Shown in pieces: positions 30,083 through 42,750 of a stretch of DNA of 64,000 nt; position 1 is the stretch's first letter, and the number at the start of each line of letters is the position of its first letter. The stretch is taken from the NCBI RefSeq assembly GCF_054482595.1, contig NZ_CM137008.1. The stretch is one strand, 5' to 3'. The position numbers and the translations under genes are program-made. The notes under the pieces are model-generated. The model was given only the letters and a program-made list of their open reading frames with translations, ran no database searches and was not told the origin of the DNA.

Positions 30083-31240
30083 ATGAATCCAGTACCCGCG
30101 CAACGTGAATATTTCCTCGACTCCATCCGCGCCTGGCTGATGTTGTTAGGGATCCCTTTTCATATTTCTTTAATCTATTCGAGCCATACATGGCATGTGA
30201 ATAGCGCCGAACCGTCATTGTGGCTGACCCTTTTTAATGACTTCATCCACTCGTTCCGCATGCAGGTATTTTTCGTTATATCCGGCTACTTTTCCTACAT
30301 GCTTTTTTTACGCTATCCCTTGAAAAAATGGTGGAAAGTACGTGTCGAACGTGTAGGGATCCCGATGTTAACAGCCATCCCCCTACTGACATTACCGCAA
30401 TTTATTATGCTGCAATACGTCAAAGGGAAAGCGGAAAGTTGGCCTGGACTGTCATTGTATGACAAATATAATACGTTGGCCTGGGAATTAATATCACACC
30501 TGTGGTTTTTACTGGTGTTAGTGGTCATGACGACGCTGTGCGTATGGATATTTAAACGCATCAGAAATAATTTAGAAAATTCTGATAAAACGAATAAAAA
30601 ATTCTCGATGGTAAAACTATCGGTGATTTTTTTGTGCCTCGGCATCGGTTATGCGGTAATAAGAAGAACGATTTTTATTGTGTATCCGCCCATTCTGAGT
30701 AATGGCATGTTCAATTTTATTGTCATGCAAACGCTATTTTATTTACCGTTCTTTATCCTCGGCGCACTGGCTTTCATTTTCCCTCATCTTAAAGCCTTAT
30801 TTACCACGCCGTCTCGTGGCTGTACCCTCGCTGCAGCATTGGCGTTTGTCGCTTATTTACTCAACCAGCGCTATGGCAGTGGCGATGCCTGGATGTACGA
30901 AACCGAGTCGGTGATCACCATGGTCCTCGGTCTGTGGATGGTGAATGTGGTCTTCTCCTTTGGCCACCGTTTGCTTAACTTCCAGTCAGCGCGGGTGACT
31001 TATTTTGTTAACGCATCGCTGTTTATCTATCTGGTTCACCACCCGTTAACGCTGTTTTTCGGCGCATACATTACACCGCACATCACCTCCAACTGGCTTG
31101 GTTTTCTCTGTGGCCTGATATTCGTAGTAGGGATTGCGATAATTCTGTATGAAATTCATTTACGCATCCCATTACTGAAGTTTTTGTTCTCTGGTAAACC
31201 GGTTGTTAAGCGTGAGAACGATAAAGCACCAGCCCGTTAA
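30083..31240 (+). CDS. opgC: OPG succinyltransferase OpgC (MdoC), acyltransferase-3 family (385 aa)
   Basis: ORF translation [33 protein letters not shown]; polytopic membrane protein. Confidence 0.93.
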   Translation: MNPVPAQREYFLDSIRAWLMLLGIPFHISLIYSSHTWHVNSAEPSLWLTLFNDFIHSFRMQVFFVISGYFSYMLFLRYPLKKWWKVRVERVGIPMLTAIPLLTLPQFIMLQYVKGKAESWPGLSLYDKYNTLAWELISHLWFLLVLVVMTTLCVWIFKRIRNNLENSDKTNKKFSMVKLSVIFLCLGIGYAVIRRTIFIVYPPILSNGMFNFIVMQTLFYLPFFILGALAFIFPHLKALFTTPSRGCTLAAALAFVAYLLNQRYGSGDAWMYETESVITMVLGLWMVNVVFSFGHRLLNFQSARVTYFVNASLFIYLVHHPLTLFFGAYITPHITSNWLGFLCGLIFVVGIAIILYEIHLRIPLLKFLFSGKPVVKRENDKAPAR

Positions 31241-31247
31241 GCCGCGT

Positions 31248-32669
31248 TTACAATAACCATTCCACGGGCAATATCGACGCCAGTCTGACCATAACCCGCT
31301 TCCAGAAACTGGTGGCGGGTTCTTTTTTGAGAACAATCTCTTTCTTTGCATGACGATCAACCCAGTTGATCCGTCCCCACCTGTCCAGACGGAGCTGCCA
31401 GGCCGCATCATACTGGCTCTGAATAAAGCGTTTATCAATTAACTGAGCCAGCGTTTCGCTCTCTATCACGAAGCCCATTTCAGTATTGAGCAATGTTGAA
31501 CGCGGATCGAAATTGAAAGAACCGATAAACACCGTTTTACCATCGATGCTAAAGGTTTTAGCATGCAGGCTGGCACCGGAATTACCTGTTATGCCGCGAT
31601 CGTGTAACGTACTACTTTGTTCACGCGTCGGCTTGAGTTCATATAATTCCACGCCATAACGGAGCAATTTTTTGCGCCAGCGCGCGTATCCGGCATGGAC
31701 GACAGCAACATCGTTAGCGGCAAGAGAATTGGTTAGGATCGCAATCTTTACCCCTTTTCTCACCATCCGTAAGAGTTGCGCCACACCTGCGCGTGTCGGT
31801 ACAAAATAGGAAGAGATAATATCGATGCGTTCACTGGGTGAGCCCATGATATCGAACAGGCGCTGCGGTAACAGCGAATGCCGTTTTGCCTTGCCCTCCC
31901 CTTTCGCCGGATCATCACTTAATAAACGTGTCTTCGCCCAGATAAGCGGCAACGTTCCATCAACCAGATGATTTATAAACGGACTGGATTCCATTTTGCG
32001 TAAGTAACGATGCGTCATGGCATCGTTATGCCATGAGGCGGGTAACTCGATGCGATCCGCCATTTCACCTTCCGGGACATCCAGCACCTGCTGTAAGGGT
32101 GAAACCGATTTGCAATACCAGTAGCGGGCGAAATCATCGGCAACGTCCTCTACTACGGGTCCTATTGCCATGACATCTAAATCCGAAAAAAGTGGCTCTT
32201 CCCCTGCCCCAAAATAGGCATCACCAATATTTCGCCCCCCTACCAGCGTCACCACGCCATCGACAGTGAAACTTTTATTGTGCATACGGCGATTGAGACG
32301 GGAAAAGTCGGTGATATAACCAAGCGGACGCAGCAAGCGAAACGAGAAAGGATTAAAAAGCCGGACTTCAATGCGGGGATGGCTGTCAAGCAAGCGTAAA
32401 ATGTCGTCAAGTCCGGGCGTATTGTTGTCGTCCAGCAACAAACGGACGCGAACGCCACGCTTTGCTGCGGCTAACAGGGCGGAAAACAGTAACCGACCCG
32501 ACATATCGTCCTGCCAGATGTAATACTGAACATCCAGCGTATGCTCTGCCATTTCGGCCAGAAGATACCGGGCGGCAAACGCATCCAGACTTTTCTCCAG
32601 AGGGAAAAGACCACACTGACCGGGATGTTGCGAACACAGTGGCAGCACCGCGCTCGCCAGCCGGGGCAA
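31248..32669 (-). CDS. clsC: Cardiolipin synthase C ClsC (YmdC), phospholipase D family (473 aa)
   Basis: ORF translation with two HxK(x4)D-like motifs; start assigned to TTG at 32669 preceded by AAGGAG, giving 473 aa; ORF track runs to ATG 32738. Confidence 0.9.
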   Translation of the reverse strand: MPRLASAVLPLCSQHPGQCGLFPLEKSLDAFAARYLLAEMAEHTLDVQYYIWQDDMSGRLLFSALLAAAKRGVRVRLLLDDNNTPGLDDILRLLDSHPRIEVRLFNPFSFRLLRPLGYITDFSRLNRRMHNKSFTVDGVVTLVGGRNIGDAYFGAGEEPLFSDLDVMAIGPVVEDVADDFARYWYCKSVSPLQQVLDVPEGEMADRIELPASWHNDAMTHRYLRKMESSPFINHLVDGTLPLIWAKTRLLSDDPAKGEGKAKRHSLLPQRLFDIMGSPSERIDIISSYFVPTRAGVAQLLRMVRKGVKIAILTNSLAANDVAVVHAGYARWRKKLLRYGVELYELKPTREQSSTLHDRGITGNSGASLHAKTFSIDGKTVFIGSFNFDPRSTLLNTEMGFVIESETLAQLIDKRFIQSQYDAAWQLRLDRWGRINWVDRHAKKEIVLKKEPATSFWKRVMVRLASILPVEWLL

Positions 32670-32670
32670 A

Positions 32671-33203
32671 TCATTCATCTCCTTGTTGGGTAAGGAGTCT
32701 TTCGTAGAGGTGGGCGTTTTCTTCATCATAACAGACAAAGTATACCTGTTCGGGTAAAGCGTGACGGGTAATAAATTCTGAAACGGTTTTTACTGCGATT
32801 TCAGCCGCTGCCGCACGAGGGTAACCATAAACCCCAGTACTGATTGCAGGAAAAGCCACTGACGTATAGCTGTTTGCCGCCACCAGTCGCAGGCTATTGA
32901 GATAGGCATCCTGCAAAAGCTGGTCTTCGTTTTGTTCACCACCACGCCAGACTGGCCCGACGGTGTGCACTACGGCTTTAGCGGGAAGATCGCCTGCAAG
33001 CGTAATAACGGCATGCCCCGTAGGGCAATCGCCCTGCTGTTGCCTGACTTTTAAACAAGCATCCAGCAGGGCCGGACCCGCTGCGCGATGAATGGCCCCA
33101 TCGACGCCGCGCCTCCCATTAATGACGGATTAGCCGCATTCACAATCACATCAACGGCCAGTTTGGTAATATCACCCTGCACAACATGAATACGCGTTTT
33201 CAT
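32671..33203 (-). pseudogene. ymdB: ymdB (macrodomain O-acetyl-ADP-ribose deacetylase) disrupted by a 1-nt deletion in the Gly-Gly-Gly-Gly tract
   Basis: ATG 33203 reads [31 protein letters not shown] then shifts frame near 33106-33113 (ggaggcgcggcgtc) to a stop; rest of YmdB is intact in the -1 frame to 32671. Confidence 0.75.
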
Positions 33204-33297
33204 AACGCCTCCTTACACCTTCTTGTTTCTTAAGTGTACAGCAGGCTTTTTGGTTAAATCGCATTTTTCTGCTCAGCAACGTGAGTTGTTCAGAAAC

Positions 33298-34062
<765 letters not shown>

Positions 34063-34120
34063 ATTCTTCTCCCGAAAAAAAACAGGGCTTGCGCCCTGTT
34101 TCTTTAATACAGATGATGTA

Positions 34121-34579
34121 TTAGTACTGATGAGCGGTCGCGTTGTTACCAAAGCCAACCTGAGTTACGTTGACGGTGGAATTAGATGCAGTCTGGTCAA
34201 CCGCTGCACCGTTGCCGCCACCGAACTGTTTAACTGTCATATGAGAGTCTTTACCGTTCCACTGATCAAGAGTGGCGCTGTTACCAAAGCCACGTTGGGT
34301 CAGATCGATTGAGCTGTCATCTGAGCCCTGACCAACATCTGCACCGTTACCACCACCATGCTGGGTAATAGTCAAGTCAGAGTTACGGGCATCAGCTTGC
34401 AGAGCAAGTGCAGAGTTACCACCACCGTACTGATAAATATTCAGCTCTGAATTCGGGCCGCTGTTATTACCACCACCACCGTGGTTACCGCCACCGCCGC
34501 CGTACTGAGGAACAACACCTGCCAGAGCGCTACCGGAGAATACGATTGCTGCAATTGCTGCTACTTTTAAAAGTTTCAT
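34121..34579 (-). CDS. csgA: Major curlin subunit CsgA
   Basis: ORF translation MKLLKVAAIAAIVFSGSALAGVVPQYGGGGGNHGGGGNNSGPNSELNIYQYGGGNSALALQ with Q/N-rich amyloid repeats. Confidence 0.97.
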   Translation of the reverse strand: MKLLKVAAIAAIVFSGSALAGVVPQYGGGGGNHGGGGNNSGPNSELNIYQYGGGNSALALQADARNSDLTITQHGGGNGADVGQGSDDSSIDLTQRGFGNSATLDQWNGKDSHMTVKQFGGGNGAAVDQTASNSTVNVTQVGFGNNATAHQY

Positions 34580-34619
34580 GTAAAACCCCCATCGGATTGA
34601 TTTAAAAGTCGAATGGAAA

Positions 34620-35075
34620 TTAACGTTGTGTCACGCGAATAGCCATTTGCGACTGTCTCTGCACTACAATTGCCGTTTTTTGAGTACCATACTGTGTAAT
34701 ATTTGCTTTATTACCAGAACCTTTCTGGATAATCATCGCAGTATTACCATAAGCACCTTGCGAAATACTGGCATCGTTGGCACTGCCCGCCTGATCAATA
34801 TATGCAAGGTTATAATCTCCTGTCTGGTCAATCTTTGCCCGGTTGCTACTACCTTCTTGCGCAACAACCGCCAAAAGTTTTGAGCCTCCCTGCCGTAACT
34901 GAGCACTATTATTAGTCCCAGCTTGACCAATTATGGCTGCCTGATTAAATGAAGACTTACTCAATTCATTTACCGCGAAGTTATATTCTGAATTAGCTAA
35001 ATCATAACCTGCTGCGGCTGCAATCCCAGGCGCACCCAATATTGTTAACATCATAAATAACAATTTGTTTTTCAT
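34620..35075 (-). CDS. csgB: Minor curlin subunit / nucleator CsgB (151 aa)
   Basis: Translation from ATG 35075 MKNKLLFMMLTILGAPGIAAAAGYDLANSEYNFAVNEL. Confidence 0.95.
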   Translation of the reverse strand: MKNKLLFMMLTILGAPGIAAAAGYDLANSEYNFAVNELSKSSFNQAAIIGQAGTNNSAQLRQGGSKLLAVVAQEGSSNRAKIDQTGDYNLAYIDQAGSANDASISQGAYGNTAMIIQKGSGNKANITQYGTQKTAIVVQRQSQMAIRVTQR

Positions 35076-35828
35076 GTTGTCACCCTGGACCTGGTCGTAC
35101 ATTTAAGAAATTAAATCATTTCAACTTGGTTGTTAACGCAACCTGTATTTTGTTAACGCTGCGTTACGATGGAAAGTATGTCTGCGGAAATATTTTTAAT
35201 AACTCACCCGCGCGTTGTATTTTTCTTTTTTTGTTCATACCAAAGTATTAAAAGCCACGTAAATACGCTGTTATCTACGCAAAAAATATTTTGTTTTCTT
35301 TTAAATCTCCGTTTTCCGCTAGCAAAAAACACCAGACAGTCATTCTTCTTGCCCGTCGCTGATTGCTGCGATATGTCTTGCGCACAAGCCGTGACAAACC
35401 TCGTCTTTTTGCAGTAAAAAATTGTCCACGGTGGTGTGGAGAAAAAACAAGAACGTTTTACATGACGAAAGGACTACACCGAAATATTTTTTATATGCAT
35501 TATTAGTAAGTTAGCACCATTTGTATGATTTTTTAAAATTGTGCAATAAAAACCAAATGTACAACTTTTCTATCATTCCTAAACTTAATAAAACCTTAAA
35601 GTTAACATTTCAATATAACGAGTTACATTTAGTTACATGTTTAACACTTGATTTAAGATTTGTAATGGCTAGATTGAAATCAGATGTAATCCATTAGTTT
35701 TATATTTTACCCATTTAGGGCTGATTTATTACTACACACAGCAGTGCAACATCTGTCAGTACTTCTGGTGCTTCTATTTTAGAGGCAGCTGTCAGGTGTG
35801 CGATCAATAAAAAAAGCGGGGTTTCATC
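35076..35828. promoter_or_regulatory. csgBAC / csgDEFG divergent intergenic regulatory region
   Basis: 753-bp AT-rich gap between divergent csgB and csgD; known to hold both promoters and many regulator sites; individual sites not resolved here. Confidence 0.7.
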
Positions 35829-36479
<651 letters not shown>

Positions 36480-36483
36480 AGCC

Positions 36484-36873
36484 ATGAAACGTTATTTACG
36501 CTGGATTGTGGCGGCAGAATTTCTGTTCGCCGCAGGGAATCTTCACGCCGTTGAGGTAGAAGTCCCGGGATTGTTAACTGACCATACTGTTTCCTCTATT
36601 GGCCATGATTTTTACCGAGCCTTTAGTGATAAATGGGAAAGTGACTATACGGGTAACTTAACGATTAATGAAAGGCCCAGTGCACGATGGGGAAGTTGGA
36701 TCACTATAACGGTCAATCAGGACGTTATTTTCCAGACTTTTTTATTCCCGTTGAAAAGAGACTTCGAAAAAACTGTCGTCTTTGCACTGATTCAAACTGA
36801 AGAAGCACTAAATCGTCGCCAGATAAATCAGGCGTTATTAAGTACGGGCGATTTGGCGCATGATGAATTCTAA
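36484..36873 (+). CDS. csgE: Curli secretion specificity factor CsgE (129 aa)
   Basis: ORF translation [34 protein letters not shown]. Confidence 0.95.
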
Positions 36874-36897
36874 ATAAAAAATTGTTCGGAGGCTGCA

Positions 36898-37314
36898 ATG
36901 CGTGTCAAACATGCAGTAGTTCTACTCATGCTTATTTCGCCATTAAGTTGGGCTGGAACCATGACTTTCCAGTTCCGTAATCCAAACTTTGGTGGTAACC
37001 CAAATAATGGCGCTTTTTTATTAAATAGCGCTCAGGCCCAAAACTCTTATAAAGATCCGAGCTATAACGATGACTTTGGTATTGAAACACCCTCAGCATT
37101 AGATAACTTTACTCAGGCCATCCAGTCACAAATTTTAGGTGGGCTACTGTCGAATATTAATACCGGTAAACCGGGCCGCATGGTGACCAACGATTATATT
37201 GTTGATATTGCTAACCGCGATGGTCAATTGCAGTTGAACGTGACAGATCGTAAAACCGGACAAACCTCGACCATCCAGGTTTCGGGTTTACAAAATAACT
37301 CAACCGATTTTTAA
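36898..37314 (+). CDS. csgF: Curli assembly protein CsgF (138 aa)
   Basis: ORF translation [38 protein letters not shown]. Confidence 0.95.
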
Positions 37315-37340
37315 GCCCCAGCTTCATAAGGAAAATAATC

Positions 37341-38174
37341 ATGCAGCGCTTATTTCTTTTGGTTGCCGTCATGTTACTGAGCGGATGCTTAACCGCCCCG
37401 CCTAAAGAAGCCGCCAGACCGACATTAATGCCTCGTGCTCAGAGCTACAAAGATTTGACCCATCTGCCAGCGCCGACGGGTAAGATCTTTGTTTCGGTAT
37501 ACAACATTCAGGACGAAACCGGGCAATTTAAACCCTACCCGGCAAGTAACTTCTCCACTGCTGTTCCGCAAAGCGCCACGGCGATGCTGGTCACGGCATT
37601 GAAAGATTCTCGCTGGTTTATACCGCTGGAGCGCCAGGGCTTACAAAACCTGCTTAACGAGCGCAAGATTATTCGTGCGGCACAAGAAAACGGCACGGTT
37701 GCCATTAATAACCGAATCCCGCTGCAATCTTTAACGGCGGCAAATATCATGGTTGAAGGTTCGATTATCGGTTATGAAAGCAACGTCAAATCGGGCGGGG
37801 TTGGGGCAAGATATTTTGGGATCGGTGCCGACACGCAATACCAGCTCGATCAGATTGCCGTGAACCTGCGCGTCGTCAATGTGAGTACCGGTGAGATCCT
37901 CTCCTCGGTGAACACCAGTAAGACGATACTTTCCTATGAAGTTCAGGCCGGGGTTTTCCGCTTTATTGACTACCAGCGCTTGCTGGAAGGGGAAGTGGGT
38001 TACACCTCAAACGAACCCGTTATGCTGTGTCTGATGTCGGCTATCGAAACAGGGGTCATTTTCCTGATTAATGATGGTATTGACCGTGGTCTGTGGGATT
38101 TGCAGAACAAAGCAGAACGGCAGAATGACATTCTGGTGAAATACCGCCATATGTCGGTTCCACCGGAATCCTGA
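37341..38174 (+). CDS. csgG: Curli secretion channel lipoprotein CsgG (277 aa)
   Basis: ORF translation MQRLFLLVAVMLLSGCLTAPPKEAARPTLMPRAQSY with lipobox. Confidence 0.97.
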   Translation: MQRLFLLVAVMLLSGCLTAPPKEAARPTLMPRAQSYKDLTHLPAPTGKIFVSVYNIQDETGQFKPYPASNFSTAVPQSATAMLVTALKDSRWFIPLERQGLQNLLNERKIIRAAQENGTVAINNRIPLQSLTAANIMVEGSIIGYESNVKSGGVGARYFGIGADTQYQLDQIAVNLRVVNVSTGEILSSVNTSKTILSYEVQAGVFRFIDYQRLLEGEVGYTSNEPVMLCLMSAIETGVIFLINDGIDRGLWDLQNKAERQNDILVKYRHMSVPPES

Positions 38175-38223
38175 CAGATAAAAAAGCCGGAATTATCATC
38201 CGGCATTTTACTGCTTAAGCGAA

Positions 38224-38253
38224 AGCGTGAGTGCCCCTCACGCTTTATTTTTG
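38224..38253 (+). terminator. Rho-independent terminator downstream of csgG
   Basis: AGCGTGAG-tgccc-CTCACGCT followed by TTATTTTTG; overlaps 3' end of convergent ycdZ. Confidence 0.6.
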
Positions 38254-38729
38254 ATTTCCTGCTCACGGTGCGCCGTCTTTGCACTACGCGCCGCCAGCCA
38301 CAGGCCGCTGTTTTTCATTGCGTAACCAAATATCAGCCCAAGCGCCAGCGAAGGTAACACCAGTTTCCAGTCACCCTGCCCGGCAAACGTCGCGCATGCG
38401 CCTATAAACGTCCCCGGAACAAATGAAAGCAGCAGCTGTTTGGCCTGAATACACATCAGAAACGCGACAATACCGGTTATGACATAACCGAGAATTTCCA
38501 AATGTGGCGTCAGTGCACTACCGTAAATAATGACCATCGCCCACACCACGCCACTAAGCAGGGTTGCAGCGGAGATCGCCAGCCCTTTCAGCCCACCTTG
38601 CGGGCAGGCAAAGTAGGCCGTACAGCCCAGGAAGCCCGCCCAGCTTAGTAAGCCCAGGGAAACAGCCACCCATCCCCAGATACCGGAGAGAATGCCTGTT
38701 GTGATTGCAATAGAGAGAAGTATGTTCAT
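38238..38729 (-). CDS. ycdZ: Inner membrane protein YcdZ (DUF1097), 163 aa
   Basis: Translation from ATG 38729 MNILLSIAITTGILSGIWGWVAVSLGLLSWAGFLGC. Confidence 0.9.
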   Translation of the reverse strand: MNILLSIAITTGILSGIWGWVAVSLGLLSWAGFLGCTAYFACPQGGLKGLAISAATLLSGVVWAMVIIYGSALTPHLEILGYVITGIVAFLMCIQAKQLLLSFVPGTFIGACATFAGQGDWKLVLPSLALGLIFGYAMKNSGLWLAARSAKTAHREQEIKNKA

Positions 38730-38830
38730 GCCGCGCATGATAGCAGAAAACGCGTCCATGAATGAGATCGAGCACACATTTTATGCAACAACAAATTATC
38801 TGTTGCAGTTATGAGTGACGCAGATCACAT

Positions 38831-39385
38831 TTACTCTTCAGAATCCTCTTCCAGCTCGTCCCACATTGCACTAATGGCATCACGGGTTAGCGGTGCCATG
38901 GTGCGCCAGAAAGGCGTGGTTGCATGGGCCTCCACTTTGCCAAGGAACGCGCCACACCAGGGTAACAGATACTCACTGAACAGTGTTCCCAGTGCTTCGC
39001 TCTCATCTTCCGTTGACTGATCTTCCAGCCAGGAAGCCGCAAGCAGCAATGTGCCGATGTGATCGGCTGGCGTATCCGCCAGTGGCATCCCTCGTTCAGA
39101 AAGAAAAGCGCGCACTTCCGCTTCCGTTGCGTCCTCAACCCATGCGCTACGATATGGCGGCACGGCACATTCATCGCCGATAAACAACGCATTGTAATCG
39201 GCAGAGACTTGCGTCATATCACAGCTTTTCTGCAAACGTGTCAGCAACTCATCCTGCTCCAGTGGCCAGTTCGCAGCCAGTTTCCCCTCACGAATCAGGG
39301 TAAACAGCGGCACCAGTAAAGGATCTTGTGGTTGGCGGTAATAGAGCGAACCCAGCACACGACAGAGGATAGAAAACTCGTTCAT
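38831..39385 (-). CDS. ycdY: TorD-family redox enzyme maturation chaperone YcdY (184 aa)
   Basis: ORF translation MNEFSILCRVLGSLYYRQPQDPLLVPLFTLIREGKLAANW. Confidence 0.93.
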   Translation of the reverse strand: MNEFSILCRVLGSLYYRQPQDPLLVPLFTLIREGKLAANWPLEQDELLTRLQKSCDMTQVSADYNALFIGDECAVPPYRSAWVEDATEAEVRAFLSERGMPLADTPADHIGTLLLAASWLEDQSTEDESEALGTLFSEYLLPWCGAFLGKVEAHATTPFWRTMAPLTRDAISAMWDELEEDSEE

Positions 39386-39408
39386 TAATATATTTCCATT
39401 ACTAGTAA

Positions 39409-40146
39409 TTAAAGGTCTGCAAATTCCGCAATCGGTGCCATACCGCGAGATTCAAGGAAGTTCAGTAAGCGGCGCGGAGAAACATTCAAAATGCGCTCTG
39501 GCGGAAAATCTACCGCGTCGAGGATTTTAAGACACTCTTCAAATTCCCCCATGGTAAACGCGGTGTGAGAATCCGAGCCTAATGCCACCCAACCTCCAGC
39601 ATCACGTACCGCTGCGGCTACCGCACGACAGTTGTCTTCACTGCCCTTACGTGAGTGTAAAAATGAGGAATTATTGATTTCCAGCGCCACCTGATGTTTC
39701 GCGGCTGCTTCAGCAACGGCTTTAACATCTATCTCATATTTCGGATTTCCGGGATGGCTTATTATATGCACATTGCCGCTGGCGATAGTGGCGATCATCG
39801 CTTGTGTATTGGTCGCTTTGTCATGTGGTGCAAAAACCGGCTCATGAAAACCGGCAATAATCAGATCCAGCGAATCAAACATTTTGCCGCTGCAGTCAAT
39901 TTCACCATCAACATTTTTAATGTTAGCTTCGATGCCGCGCAGGATCCCTACCCCATCAACCACTCGCGGCCAGATACGCATGTTAATGAAGTGCCAGTGA
40001 TGCGGCGCATCTTCCATATCCGGGCCATGATCGGTGATCGCAAAAAGTTTAATGCCCTTTTGTTTGGCCTGGGCAATGTAATCACTCAATGTGCTATATG
40101 CATGTGTGCTGGCAACGGTATGCATATGAAGGTCGACGGGATACAT
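39409..40146 (-). CDS. ycdX: PHP-family zinc phosphatase YcdX (245 aa)
   Basis: ORF translation [44 protein letters not shown] with PHP His motifs. Confidence 0.95.
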
Positions 40147-40200
40147 AACTCTCTCCTGTATTCAATTCCCGCCAAGGATAGCAGGAATCCTGATGCTTTA

Positions 40201-41178
<978 letters not shown>

Positions 41179-41372
41179 TTATCGTTATGATCTACAAAGG
41201 CCACCAGCATAACAAATCCGTGGTCGGTGGCAAAAAAAGCAGATTTCGCTTATTAAAACTGCATATTGATTGAAGTTTGAATAAACGCGCGATTTTTTCA
41301 AAAAGTTTGTTGACCTCAGGTCATGATTTCCCTAAATTAGCGCCCGTTCCAGCAAGACAGGAACGACAATTT

Positions 41373-41460
41373 GGTGAGGTGTCCGAGTGGCTGAAGGAGC
41401 ACGCCTGGAAAGTGTGTATACGGCAACGTATCGGGGGTTCGAATCCCCCCCTCACCGCCA
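41373..41460 (+). tRNA. serX: tRNA-Ser (anticodon GGA), serX-type, 88 nt with encoded CCA
   Basis: GGTGAGGTGTCCGAGTGGCTGAAGGAGCACGCCTGGAAAGTGTGTATACGGCAACGTATCGGGGGTTCGAATCCCCCCCTCACCGCCA: long variable arm, GGA anticodon, TPsiC GGTTCGAATCC. Confidence 0.97.
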
Positions 41461-41466
41461 GATTAT

Positions 41467-41499
41467 AAGCGCATGTTATTGTTTAACATGCGCTTTTTT
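41467..41499 (+). terminator. Rho-independent terminator of serX
   Basis: AAGCGCATGTTA-ttgtt-TAACATGCGCTT followed by TTTTA. Confidence 0.75.
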
Positions 41500-41609
41500 A
41501 TTTATCCTTCCGGACAGTATGCCATCGGGTATGCCATCTGAAACCGGTTTATATGCCCCGCGATCATATCTTATCGGACAATTTCCGATCTTTGAGCATA
41601 CTGGCAAAG

Positions 41610-42452
41610 CTATACTGCCAGCATGTCAGGATAGTGTTTTGCGATAATATCATTCAGTCTGTCAACCAGTTCTGGTTTCCTGAACGTGATGTGTGCGGAG
41701 CCCTTCTTAAAGTATCTGATGCTGAACATCTCATCTTCATAGTCCTCTTTACCCTGAACAGACTGGATGTGGTCATCCAGACGAAGGGTGATGTTTTCCC
41801 GGTTGTCGGGGATCGGTTTGCCGCTGAACAGGTGCAGCATTCTTTCCAGGTCGGCAAGTCGATCTACCTGGTGCCCGGTGATAAGATGAAATCCCCACCG
41901 GTCCCATCTCACCAGATTGTTGACGATAATTTTACTGCCAAATTTACAGGGGCAATTAGTTTTGTAATTCCAGCTCAATCCCCTGAAGACGTTGATCACC
42001 CCTCGCTCAAACACTTCATCTTTGTTCTGGTGCAGTTGTTCAAATGTGCTCAGAATGTTCGCTTCACTGACTTCCGGAAAATTATCATACTCCAGTGACC
42101 GGTACCATGTATCACGGGCCTGTGCATCCATTAAGGAAAGCATCCCTGAACGTTGCATCAGGTCACGCCAGATTTCTCGGTCAAGATTCCGGGTAATGGC
42201 TTTCATTGCTGTTTCGGGTTTCTCCATCAGCCAGCAACCGCAGCGAAAATCCTGTTTCATGGCCCAGTCCGGGGCGGTTTTACCTCCAATACTTTCTGTC
42301 ATTGATGAGATTTCAGCCAGTTGCCGGATAAGTGTGTCGATTTGCAGCAGTGTACTCTTTCGTACAGCCAGAATGTGGCTGACTGAGGTTGAGCAGATAA
42401 CGTCCGTATGCCCGTTGACCACTTCCGGATGGGAGAGTGTGATTGCAGACAT
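41610..42452 (-). CDS. Island-encoded hypothetical protein (280 aa), resembles proteins found downstream of cbtA-family toxin genes in CP4-type elements
   Basis: Intact ORF MSAITLSHPEVVNGHTDVICSTSVSHILAVRK...; same strand and tight spacing as the TA module; family (DUF4942-like?) is from memory and not verified. Confidence 0.6.
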   Translation of the reverse strand: MSAITLSHPEVVNGHTDVICSTSVSHILAVRKSTLLQIDTLIRQLAEISSMTESIGGKTAPDWAMKQDFRCGCWLMEKPETAMKAITRNLDREIWRDLMQRSGMLSLMDAQARDTWYRSLEYDNFPEVSEANILSTFEQLHQNKDEVFERGVINVFRGLSWNYKTNCPCKFGSKIIVNNLVRWDRWGFHLITGHQVDRLADLERMLHLFSGKPIPDNRENITLRLDDHIQSVQGKEDYEDEMFSIRYFKKGSAHITFRKPELVDRLNDIIAKHYPDMLAV

Positions 42453-42536
42453 AATTGATATTCCTTTTGGTTTATAAACGAAAACGCCAGCCGTATTCAG
42501 GCTGGCGTCAGTGGAATGAAGTCTGGTGAGTAAGAC

Positions 42537-42734
42537 TCACCTGTTCTGTTGCAGAAGCTGCTGTTGGCGCAGGGTACGGATATCTTCCCTGGCCTGTTCA
42601 ATGCAGGGCAGCAGTGCTGCTGAATCCGTTTTATCCTCATCGTTGTCGAAGATAATCCCTGATTCGCAGTCAATATTGTCCTGCAGCCACGCAATCAGAA
42701 TATCCAGCGCCGTTTCTGTGGTTAATGATTTCAT
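42537..42734 (-). CDS. Small island-encoded hypothetical protein (65 aa)
   Basis: ORF MKSLTTETALDILIAWLQDNIDCESGIIFDNDEDKTD; acidic; co-oriented with neighbours. Confidence 0.45.
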   Translation of the reverse strand: MKSLTTETALDILIAWLQDNIDCESGIIFDNDEDKTDSAALLPCIEQAREDIRTLRQQQLLQQNR

Positions 42735-42750
42735 GTTGTGAATTTACGGG

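Noticed and set aside
41461-41609. Integrase gene or attachment-site repeat directly adjacent to serX
   Set aside because: No ORF with tyrosine-recombinase features and no obvious repeat of the tRNA 3' end was seen between serX and the first island gene; the boundary cannot be defined within this window.
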